From the NCBI GenBank assembly GCA_965214705.1, contig OZ243972.1, positions 224,001 to 288,000 on the forward strand: a DNA stretch of 64,000 nucleotides, given 5' to 3'. Under the pieces are notes generated by a model. That model ran no database searches. It was not told the DNA's origin and saw only the letters and a program-made list of their open reading frames with translations. The position numbers and the translations under genes were made by a program. This DNA is from Alphaproteobacteria bacterium (GTDB lineage: Bacteria > Pseudomonadota > Alphaproteobacteria > UBA828). Shown here piece after piece: positions 19,695-27,786 of this stretch; the stretch's first letter is position 1; each line of letters starts with the position of its first letter.

Positions 19695-21631
19695 TGCGGA
19701 TCGATCAGATATTCGTCGCCATCCCGGAGCCGCTTCGGAATCCAGTCGGAGGCCCCTGGCGTGGTCGGTACCACCACCTCCAATGGACCGCGCTCGGCCT
19801 CTATCTGCTCGCGCCTCGCCTCGGTCTTGTTCCAGTCGATGGTCATGGTCGCGTTGTTGATGACGACGCCATAGACCTCGGCCGCGCATTCGACCGTGAG
19901 CAGCCCCTCGAAGATGCTTTCCAGCACCGCCTCGGGATCGCGCTTCAACGGATCGCCGTAACCGCCGCCGCCGCTGGAGTGCGCCACCCAAACCTCGTTC
20001 TCCTCGATCATGAGGAGCCCCTTCGAGGAGCAATAGGTGCGCTTGCCCGTTTCCAGGTTCTCCTTGTAGCTGCCGCCGCCGATCCCGGTCGTGCCGCCCA
20101 TCACGCCGTGAGGCGGATTGGCGGTGCCGTCGCCGAACAGGTGGCACTCGATCGGGCCGCCGATGGGCGTGATCTGAATTTCGACGCCGGGGCCGCCGTG
20201 ATGCTCGCCGTGCCCCATGGAATCGGCGCCGATCTCCTGCTTGTCGACGCGCATGGGGTAGAGCATCTCGCTCATCTCGACGCTCAGGATCTTGAGTCCG
20301 CCCATGCCGGCCGACGTGATGAGGAGCGGCCAGCCGTCTTCCTTCGAGGATGCGCCGCCCGCCGGCCCGCCGTTGAAGAACATGCAGCCCCAGGAGCGGT
20401 CCTGGCCGTCGCGGGTATCGGTGCCCGAGAAGAAGGGCACGCAACTGACCCGGCCGTTGCCGCCGGTAACGCGGTCTGGCACCGCGTGGGCGAGCGCCTT
20501 GTAGACGGCGTCCTGCATGGTGTCGTCTGGTCCGATGGTGGCAAGCGCCGTGGAGGCCGGATACTGCGCGTTGCATACCGAGCCGAGCGGGGCCTCGGCC
20601 GTGATGTGGCGCAGGCAGCCGTCGTTGTGGGGGATCGAGGGGTCGATCGTGCAGAGGATCGGGATGCCAGCCGCCGCCTGCATGACGCCGAAGGAGGAGT
20701 TGTTGGCACCCGGCGTCTGCGGTGCGGAGCCGCCGAAATCGACGTGGACCCGGTCGTCCCGGATCGAGACGCGCGCGTTCACGGGAATGTCGGTGCCGCC
20801 CTGGCCGTCGGTGTCGAGCCAGGAGGTGCCCTCGTAGTCGCCATCCGGCATCTGGCGGATTTCTTCGGCCATGCGCTGATCGGCATAGTCGAAGATCGCC
20901 TCGATATAGCGCTCCACCTCGTCGTTGCCGTAGTGCGCCGCAAGCTCGATGAGCCGCCGCTTGCCGGTCCAGATCGAGCCAAGCTGCGCCATCAGGTCGC
21001 CGTAGAGCCACTCCTGCCAGCGCACGTTGGCGAGGTACATGCGGACCACGTCGTCGCGCCGCTGGCCCTTCTCGTAGAACTTGATCGGCGGCAGCTGCAG
21101 CCCTTCCTGCCACACGTCCTTGGCGGCGGCGGGCGTGCTGGTGGGGATGAAGGCGCCGCAATCCAGCTGATGGCCCTTGGTCATGCTCCAGAACATGTGC
21201 TTGCCCTTGTGGAACACAGGGCAGGCGGTGACGAAATCGCCGACGTGGGTATTGCCGCTGTAGGCGTCGTTGCAGACGATGACATCGCCGTCGTGGATGT
21301 CGCCCTCGAAGACCCGGGCGATCTCCTTCAGGACCACGTGCATCGAGTTGGTGTGGACCGGCAGCGCGTCCATCATGCAGATCTGCCGCGCCTTGGCGTC
21401 GTAGATCGCGCAGGAGAAGTCGCGTGCGAGCGCGATGATCGAGGTCCAGGAAGTCTTCTCCATGGTCAGCGTCATCTCGTTCGCAATCGTGTTGAAGCGA
21501 TTGAGAACGACCGAGAAGGTGATCGGATCGACGGCCGCCTTGGCGCTCTTCTGGGGCCGCGTCCTGACCTGCCTCTTGGCGATGCTCCTGGTCTTCGGCC
21601 CGGTGCGGTGCACCGTGGATATGTTGGCCAT
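19691..21631 (-). CDS. Hydantoinase B/oxoprolinase family subunit (copy 2)
   Basis: Close paralogue of 5371-7323; NTHVGD, GHQLDCG, GGGGYGDPLKRDP. Confidence 0.92.
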   Translation of the reverse strand: MANISTVHRTGPKTRSIAKRQVRTRPQKSAKAAVDPITFSVVLNRFNTIANEMTLTMEKTSWTSIIALARDFSCAIYDAKARQICMMDALPVHTNSMHVVLKEIARVFEGDIHDGDVIVCNDAYSGNTHVGDFVTACPVFHKGKHMFWSMTKGHQLDCGAFIPTSTPAAAKDVWQEGLQLPPIKFYEKGQRRDDVVRMYLANVRWQEWLYGDLMAQLGSIWTGKRRLIELAAHYGNDEVERYIEAIFDYADQRMAEEIRQMPDGDYEGTSWLDTDGQGGTDIPVNARVSIRDDRVHVDFGGSAPQTPGANNSSFGVMQAAAGIPILCTIDPSIPHNDGCLRHITAEAPLGSVCNAQYPASTALATIGPDDTMQDAVYKALAHAVPDRVTGGNGRVSCVPFFSGTDTRDGQDRSWGCMFFNGGPAGGASSKEDGWPLLITSAGMGGLKILSVEMSEMLYPMRVDKQEIGADSMGHGEHHGGPGVEIQITPIGGPIECHLFGDGTANPPHGVMGGTTGIGGGSYKENLETGKRTYCSSKGLLMIEENEVWVAHSSGGGGYGDPLKRDPEAVLESIFEGLLTVECAAEVYGVVINNATMTIDWNKTEARREQIEAERGPLEVVVPTTPGASDWIPKRLRDGDEYLIDPQ

Positions 21632-21642
21632 GTCTCGCTCCC

Positions 21643-23709
21643 TCAGTTGATCGCGAGGACGAAATCGTCGTAGCGGTTGACCTTCAGGGTGTGCTTGGGT
21701 TGGACCACGATCGTCGAGTTCTCCTGCTCGACCACGGCCGGCCCTTCGATGGTCATGCCGTGGCGCACCTTGGCACCGTCGTAAATCTTGGTCCGGCGGT
21801 ACTTCTTGAAAGCCCTGAAATAGACCATGCGCGTGCCCTTCTGCGCCTCGCTCGCGGGCTTGCGCGTGCGCTTCTGAATCGGTGTTTCGCGCTCCGGCAG
21901 CCTGCCCTCCGCCGTGATCCGCCAGTGGAACAGGTCGACCGCGCTCTCCCGCACGCAGTAGGAGAACATGCGCTCGTGCAAGCCGTGGAAGGCCTCGGCG
22001 ATGTTGTCGATATCGGACTTCTTGATCTTGCCCTTCGAGGGCAGCGGGATCGTGAGCTCGTGAATCTGGTTGGAGTACTTGGCGTCCGCGAAGCGGGCGA
22101 TCTTGATCCGCGAGCGGGCGAAGCCCTGCGCCCTGAGTTCGGCGATCGCTTCGGCTTCGAGCTCGGCGAAAATCTCGTTGGCGCGCGCGAGGTCGAAGTC
22201 GCTGGTGTTGGTGGCGAAGGCCTTGATCAGATCGTGCCGCACGTCGCTCGCGATCATGCCGTAGGAGCAGAAGACGCCGCCGTAGCGCGGAATGATCGCC
22301 TGCTTCATGCCGAGCTCCACGCCCAGCGCGCCGGCATGAATGGCGCCGGCGCCGCCGCCCACCACCAGGCTGTAGCCGCGCGGGTCGATGCCCTTCTCGA
22401 CCGAGACCACGCGGATCGCGTCGACCATGTTGGTGTTGACGATCTGGAAGATGCCGTCGGCCGCCTGCTCGACGCTCAAGCCCAGCGGCTTCGCGATGGC
22501 CTCCTCGACAACGCGTGAGGATGCATCGGGATTGATGTCGCGCCGCCCACCGAGGAAGAAATCGGGGTTGATGTAGCCGAGGACCACGTTGGCATCGGTC
22601 ACCGTGGGCCGGTCACCGCCCAGCTCATAGCAGGCGGGCCCCGGCTCGGCGCCGGCGCTCATCGGGCCGACCTGCAGCGCGCCGCCCTTGTCGATCCAGG
22701 CGATGCTGCCGCCGCCCGCGCCGATCGAATGCACGTCGACGGCCGCGACGCCCACCGGGTTATCGTGCACGCGCATGTCCTTGGTGAGCGCAGGCTCGCC
22801 GTCGGTCACCATGCACACGTCGAAGCTCGTGCCGCCCATGTCGATGGTGATGACGTTGTTGACGCCCACCCGCTCGGCGCAATAGAGGCCGGCCGCCGGC
22901 CCCGCCGCCGGGCCCGAGGCCAGGGCGTAGATGGGCCGCTCGATGATCTGCTTGACCGTTGCCGTGCCGCCGTTGAGCTGCATGACCAGCAGGTTCTGGC
23001 CGAAGCCGTTCTCCGAGAGATATTTTTCCAGCGCGATCATGTAGCTGGAGATGCGCGGCAGGATGTAAGCGCTGAGCACGGTGCTGGATGTCCGCTCCCA
23101 CTCGCGGATCATGGGCAGCACGTCCGAGCTCAGGACCACGGGGACGCCCGGAAGCTCTTCCGCGAGGATCTCCTTGGCACGGACCTCGTGGCTCGAGTTC
23201 ATGATGGACCAGAGCAGCGCGACGGCGACGGATTCGACGCCCTGCTCCTTAAGTGTCCGGGCCGCCGTTCGCACCGAGTCCTCGTTGAGCTCGATCAGCG
23301 GCTCGCCGCGATAGTCCATCCGCTCCGTGAGCGGCAGGCGCAGGTCGCGGCGAATAAAATCCTTCGATCTGGGCAGGCTGACGTTATAGCGGTCGGGCTT
23401 GAAGCCGTCGCGGAAGTAGAGGACGTCGCGGAAGCCCTCGGTGCAGAGCAGCGCCGTCTTGGGGCCGTTGCGCTGGATCACCGTGTTGGTGGCGATGGTC
23501 TGGCCGTGCACGAAGAGGTCGAGGCTGCCGACGAAGGAGTCGACCTCCAAGCCCTGAGCATCGGCGAGCGCCTCCAGGCCGCGCTGGACGGCGACCCCCG
23601 GATCGGCGGGCGTCGTCGCCTCCTTCCAAAGCGTGATGCCGCCTCGATCGTCGATCAGTGAAAAATCGGTAAAGGTGCCGCCGATATCGACGCCCATGAT
23701 GTGGCGCAT
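21643..23709 (-). CDS. Hydantoinase A/oxoprolinase ATP-binding subunit
   Basis: GVDIGGTFTD, TIATN, SGPAAG, DMGGTSFD, IGAGGGS, SAGAEPGPACY; start 23709 or 23742. Confidence 0.92.
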   Translation of the reverse strand: MRHIMGVDIGGTFTDFSLIDDRGGITLWKEATTPADPGVAVQRGLEALADAQGLEVDSFVGSLDLFVHGQTIATNTVIQRNGPKTALLCTEGFRDVLYFRDGFKPDRYNVSLPRSKDFIRRDLRLPLTERMDYRGEPLIELNEDSVRTAARTLKEQGVESVAVALLWSIMNSSHEVRAKEILAEELPGVPVVLSSDVLPMIREWERTSSTVLSAYILPRISSYMIALEKYLSENGFGQNLLVMQLNGGTATVKQIIERPIYALASGPAAGPAAGLYCAERVGVNNVITIDMGGTSFDVCMVTDGEPALTKDMRVHDNPVGVAAVDVHSIGAGGGSIAWIDKGGALQVGPMSAGAEPGPACYELGGDRPTVTDANVVLGYINPDFFLGGRRDINPDASSRVVEEAIAKPLGLSVEQAADGIFQIVNTNMVDAIRVVSVEKGIDPRGYSLVVGGGAGAIHAGALGVELGMKQAIIPRYGGVFCSYGMIASDVRHDLIKAFATNTSDFDLARANEIFAELEAEAIAELRAQGFARSRIKIARFADAKYSNQIHELTIPLPSKGKIKKSDIDNIAEAFHGLHERMFSYCVRESAVDLFHWRITAEGRLPERETPIQKRTRKPASEAQKGTRMVYFRAFKKYRRTKIYDGAKVRHGMTIEGPAVVEQENSTIVVQPKHTLKVNRYDDFVLAIN

Positions 23710-23913
23710 GAAGTCTCTCCCAACGCGTTCAACTGCCGCCATGTCTCTATCACATGACCCTTGCCGAGGTCATCTGTGGGCCAGCCGATATTTCCGTGGG
23801 ACCGGCGATCCGCTAGAAATACTGCGCCTCCGGCAAGCGCTGCCGGGTTCCGTTCTCGACCAGACGGTCTTCGACCGGTTCTCACGATCCATCGACCCAC
23901 CGGGACTAACGTG

Positions 23914-25944
23914 ATGTGGCACGTCGGAATTGACGTTGGAGGAACCTTCACCGACCTCTTCGCGGCGAACGGGGAGAGCGGCGAGACGATTTCGGCGAAG
24001 GTGCTGACCACCGCCGGCGACCGCTCCGTGGGCGTGCTGAACGCGCTGGAGGCAGCCGCGATCGCCCCGGCTGAGATCAGCGTGCTCGTGCACGGCACCA
24101 CGACCGCGACCAACGCCCTGGTCGAGCGCAGCTACCCGCCGGTTGCCATGGTCACGACGGAGGGCTTCCGCGACGTCATCGAGATCGGGCGCCAGCGCCG
24201 CCAGCACCTGTTCGCGTTGCGCCAGAAACGGCCCACGCCCATCGTGCCCCGGCGCCTGCGCTTCACCCTGGGATGCCGGCTCTCCGCTGCGGGCGAGGAT
24301 CTGAGCCCCTTCGAAGACGAGGAGGCCCGCCGCGTCGCGCGCCAGATCAGGGAGCAGGGCGCTCAGTCGGTCGCGATCTGCTTCATCAACGCCTACGTGG
24401 ACGGGCGGCACGAAGCCCGGATGCGCGACATCCTGCTGGAGGAATATCCCGACTGCCACATCGCCCTCTCGTCCGAGACGGTGAGGAAGTTTCGGGAGCA
24501 CGGGCGTTTTTCCACCACGGTGGTGCGCGCTGCGCTGCTCCCGGTAATGACCAGCTATTTCAACCGTCTGGCGGCCGGACTCCGCGACAACGGCTTCACC
24601 GGCTCGTTGCTCGCGCTCAAGAGCAACGGCGGCATGATGGGCGTCGATCTCGCCATCGAGCGGCCGGAGGAGCTTGTGGAATCGGGGCCGGCCGGCGGCG
24701 TCGCGTACGCCCGCTACCTGAGCCAGACGACCGAGTTCTCGAACATCATCCACACCGATATGGGGGGCACGACCTTCGACGCATCGATCGTCGATCACGG
24801 CGAGGGGCTCCTCACCCACGACTACCAGCTCGAATGGGAGGTGCCGATCACCATCCCGATGCTGGACATCCGCAGCGTCGGGGCCGGCGGCGGATCGATT
24901 GCCTGGGTGGACAAGGGTGGCTCGCTGCGCGTCGGGCCGCAGAGTGCGGGCTCCGATCCGGGCCCCGCCTGCTACGACCGCGGCGGGGACGAGGCGACGG
25001 TGACAGACGCGAACTTCGTCCTCGGCCGGCTGGACGCCACGCTGGGCGGCAAGCTTGCGCTGGATGCGGACGCCGCAGAGCGCGCCGTGGGCAGGATCGC
25101 CGACCGGCTCGGCATCGACCGGCTGGAGGCGGCCGAAGCGATCATCTCGATCACCTGCGAGAACATGGCGCAGGCGATCAAGCTCGTGCTCACCGATCGC
25201 GGGCGGGATCCGCGCGACTTCGTGCTCGCGAGCTTTGGCGGTGCGGGCCCGATGCACGCCTGCCAGATCGCGCGCGCGATGAACATCCCGCGCATCGTGG
25301 TTCCGGCCCATGCCGGCGTCGCCTCGGCCTTCGGCGCGACCGCCATGGACATCCGCCACGACCTGGAGGAGTTCTACTACGCCCCCGTGGACGAGGCGGA
25401 TTTCGACCGGCTCAACCAGATGTACACCGGGCTCGAACGCCAGGGCCGGGCGCTGCTCGCGCGAGACGGCATCGCGGACGCCGGGATGATGCTCTCGCGT
25501 CACGCGCAGATGCGTTACGTCGGCCAGTTCTGGGAGGTACTGACGCCGCTGGGTGACGGCCAGCTCTCGGCCGACCGGGCGCGGGACATCGCGGATGCCT
25601 TCCACGACGCGCATGAAGCCGAGCACGGCGTCAAGTCGCCGACCTTCCCGTCTGAGTTCGTCAGCATCGGCGTCACCGCCGCGGGCGCGTTCGCGCGCCC
25701 GACCATCCATGGAGCCGAGGCAGGCGCTGCTGCCGAGGTCGAGCGCGGCACGCGGCCGGTCTACTTCGGCGGGTCCTGGCACGATGTCGCGATCTACGCC
25801 GGCGAGCGGCTCTACCCCGGCGTCGCCATTACCGGCCCCGCCATTGTAGAGTACGATCATTCGGAGACCGTCCTGCCGCCGGGCACGCAGGCGTCGGTCG
25901 ACCGCAGCGGCAACTTGTTGATCGCGTTGGATGGAGCCGCCTGA
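23914..25944 (+). CDS. Hydantoinase A/oxoprolinase ATP-binding subunit (second, divergently transcribed)
   Basis: GIDVGGTFTD, HGTTTATN, SGPAGG, DMGGTTFD, VGAGGGS, SAGSDPGPACY. Confidence 0.92.
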   Translation: MWHVGIDVGGTFTDLFAANGESGETISAKVLTTAGDRSVGVLNALEAAAIAPAEISVLVHGTTTATNALVERSYPPVAMVTTEGFRDVIEIGRQRRQHLFALRQKRPTPIVPRRLRFTLGCRLSAAGEDLSPFEDEEARRVARQIREQGAQSVAICFINAYVDGRHEARMRDILLEEYPDCHIALSSETVRKFREHGRFSTTVVRAALLPVMTSYFNRLAAGLRDNGFTGSLLALKSNGGMMGVDLAIERPEELVESGPAGGVAYARYLSQTTEFSNIIHTDMGGTTFDASIVDHGEGLLTHDYQLEWEVPITIPMLDIRSVGAGGGSIAWVDKGGSLRVGPQSAGSDPGPACYDRGGDEATVTDANFVLGRLDATLGGKLALDADAAERAVGRIADRLGIDRLEAAEAIISITCENMAQAIKLVLTDRGRDPRDFVLASFGGAGPMHACQIARAMNIPRIVVPAHAGVASAFGATAMDIRHDLEEFYYAPVDEADFDRLNQMYTGLERQGRALLARDGIADAGMMLSRHAQMRYVGQFWEVLTPLGDGQLSADRARDIADAFHDAHEAEHGVKSPTFPSEFVSIGVTAAGAFARPTIHGAEAGAAAEVERGTRPVYFGGSWHDVAIYAGERLYPGVAITGPAIVEYDHSETVLPPGTQASVDRSGNLLIALDGAA

Positions 25945-25964
25945 GCGCTCAAGGGATCAAGGCC

Positions 25965-27758
25965 ATGGATGCAATCAAACGCAACGCGTCGGAGATCAGG
26001 GATCTCGATCCGGTCACATTCGAGGTCCTGCGCAGCCACTTCGATTTCTGCTGCGAGCGCATGAGCAAGGTGCTTCAGAAGACCGCGTTCTCGCCGATCC
26101 TGAGCGACATCCTCGACTACTCCAACGCCGTCTACGATGCGGACATCCGCCTCGTCTCCCAATCGCCGGGCTGCCCCATCCACATGGCGGCGATGCACTT
26201 CGCCGCCCAGGAATCGGTCAACAAGTACGGTAAGGAGGCACTTCGCCCCGGCGACGTGGTGGTCCTGAACGACCCGTTCCAGGGCGGCACGCACATTCCC
26301 GACACCACCTTCACGATGCCCATCTTCAGCGGGGACAGGCTGCTGGGCTTCGCCGTGAGCCGGGGGCACTGGCAGGACCTCGGCGGCGGTGCCGCTGGCG
26401 GGCAGTCCTTCGGCACACATATCGCCGGCGAAGGGCTGCGCATCCCGCCGCTCAAGCTCTTCAACGAATACGAGATGAACCAGGACCTGCTGGCGCTGAT
26501 CAAGAACAACACGCGCTGCCCGGAATACATCGAGGGCGATATCCAGGCCCACATGGGCGCGCTGAAGGTCGCTGAGCAGGAGTTCAGCCGCGGGGTTGCG
26601 CGCTACGGCCTGGAGACGGTCGAGATCGCCATGCGCGAGCTGATCGCTTACACCAATCGCATCAGCCGCAGCCGCATCGAGGCGATCCCCGACGGCGAGT
26701 ACGCGGTGACCGACTTCGTCGATACCGACGGTTTCAGCGAAGAGCCCATCAAGCTCGCTGTGAAGATTATCGTCGAAGGCGAGAAGATGACCGTCGACTT
26801 CACCGGCTCGGACCCGCAATGCGTCGGCGCGATCAACTCGCCGCTCGCCAACACGTTTTCGGCCACCTATCTGGCGCTGCGCTTCTACCTCTGCCCCGAA
26901 GCGCCGGCCAACGCCGGCCTGTTCGACGCGGTCGACATCGTGCTGCCGGACGACTGCTGGCTCAACGCCAAGTGGCCCGCGCCGACCATCGGCTGCACCA
27001 CGGTGACCGCCGCCAAGATCAACAGCTCGATCTGGCTGGCGATGAGCCAGGCCATGCCGCAGGACGCCACCGGCGGGACCATGTCGGACGTGAACTGGCT
27101 GGTCTGCGCGGTGACCGACCCGGAGACCCGGCGTCAGACCGTGTTCTCCGACCTGCCCGCCGGCGGCTGGGGCGGCATGAACGACATGGATGGCGCGAGC
27201 GTCCGCTTCGACCCCACCGGCAACTGCATGAACCTCTCGGCGGAGGTGGCCGAGCTCTGCTATCCCATCGTCTACGAAGCGTTCGACCTGAGACAGGATT
27301 CGGCGGGGCCGGGTACCCATCGCGGCGGGCTCGGCGCCAGGCTGCAGTTCCGCTTCAACGGGAACGCCGAGCTCAGCATCGAGACCTCGCGGACCCTCGC
27401 GGGCAGCCCCGGCGTAGAAGGCGGGCAGGAAAGCAGGGCGCAGCGGCTCTGCAAGCTCCTGCCGGACGGCTCGGCGGAGGTGATCGGTGGCATGGCGGAT
27501 GACGGCTCGTGGCACAACCCGCTGCTCGCCGCTTACCGCTTCGCGCCGGGCGAGGCCTTCCGCATCGAGACCGGCGGCGGCGGCGGTTGGGGCGACCCCA
27601 TGGCCCGCCCGGTGGAGCAGGTGCTCGACGACGTGCTCGACGACTACATCTCGATCGACGAGGCGCGGACTGCCTACGGCGTCGTGATCGACGCCGAAGC
27701 GCGCGCCGTAGACCTCGCGGCCACCGAGGCGCTCAGGGGCGAGCGCCGCGCGGCGTAG
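25965..27758 (+). CDS. Hydantoinase B/oxoprolinase family subunit (copy 3, divergent)
   Basis: DPVTFEVL, NDPFQGGTHIPD, GHWQDLGG, EGLRIPP, GGGGGWGDP. Confidence 0.92.
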   Translation: MDAIKRNASEIRDLDPVTFEVLRSHFDFCCERMSKVLQKTAFSPILSDILDYSNAVYDADIRLVSQSPGCPIHMAAMHFAAQESVNKYGKEALRPGDVVVLNDPFQGGTHIPDTTFTMPIFSGDRLLGFAVSRGHWQDLGGGAAGGQSFGTHIAGEGLRIPPLKLFNEYEMNQDLLALIKNNTRCPEYIEGDIQAHMGALKVAEQEFSRGVARYGLETVEIAMRELIAYTNRISRSRIEAIPDGEYAVTDFVDTDGFSEEPIKLAVKIIVEGEKMTVDFTGSDPQCVGAINSPLANTFSATYLALRFYLCPEAPANAGLFDAVDIVLPDDCWLNAKWPAPTIGCTTVTAAKINSSIWLAMSQAMPQDATGGTMSDVNWLVCAVTDPETRRQTVFSDLPAGGWGGMNDMDGASVRFDPTGNCMNLSAEVAELCYPIVYEAFDLRQDSAGPGTHRGGLGARLQFRFNGNAELSIETSRTLAGSPGVEGGQESRAQRLCKLLPDGSAEVIGGMADDGSWHNPLLAAYRFAPGEAFRIETGGGGGWGDPMARPVEQVLDDVLDDYISIDEARTAYGVVIDAEARAVDLAATEALRGERRAA

Positions 27759-27786
27759 TCGCGCCGGTCACAGGGAGACGCAGATC

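Noticed and set aside
18762-21161. 799-aa ORF that looks like a large PhyH fusion
   Set aside because: The first ~490 codons are an alternative frame inside the hydantoinase B gene; the real gene starts at the ATGA overlap at 19694
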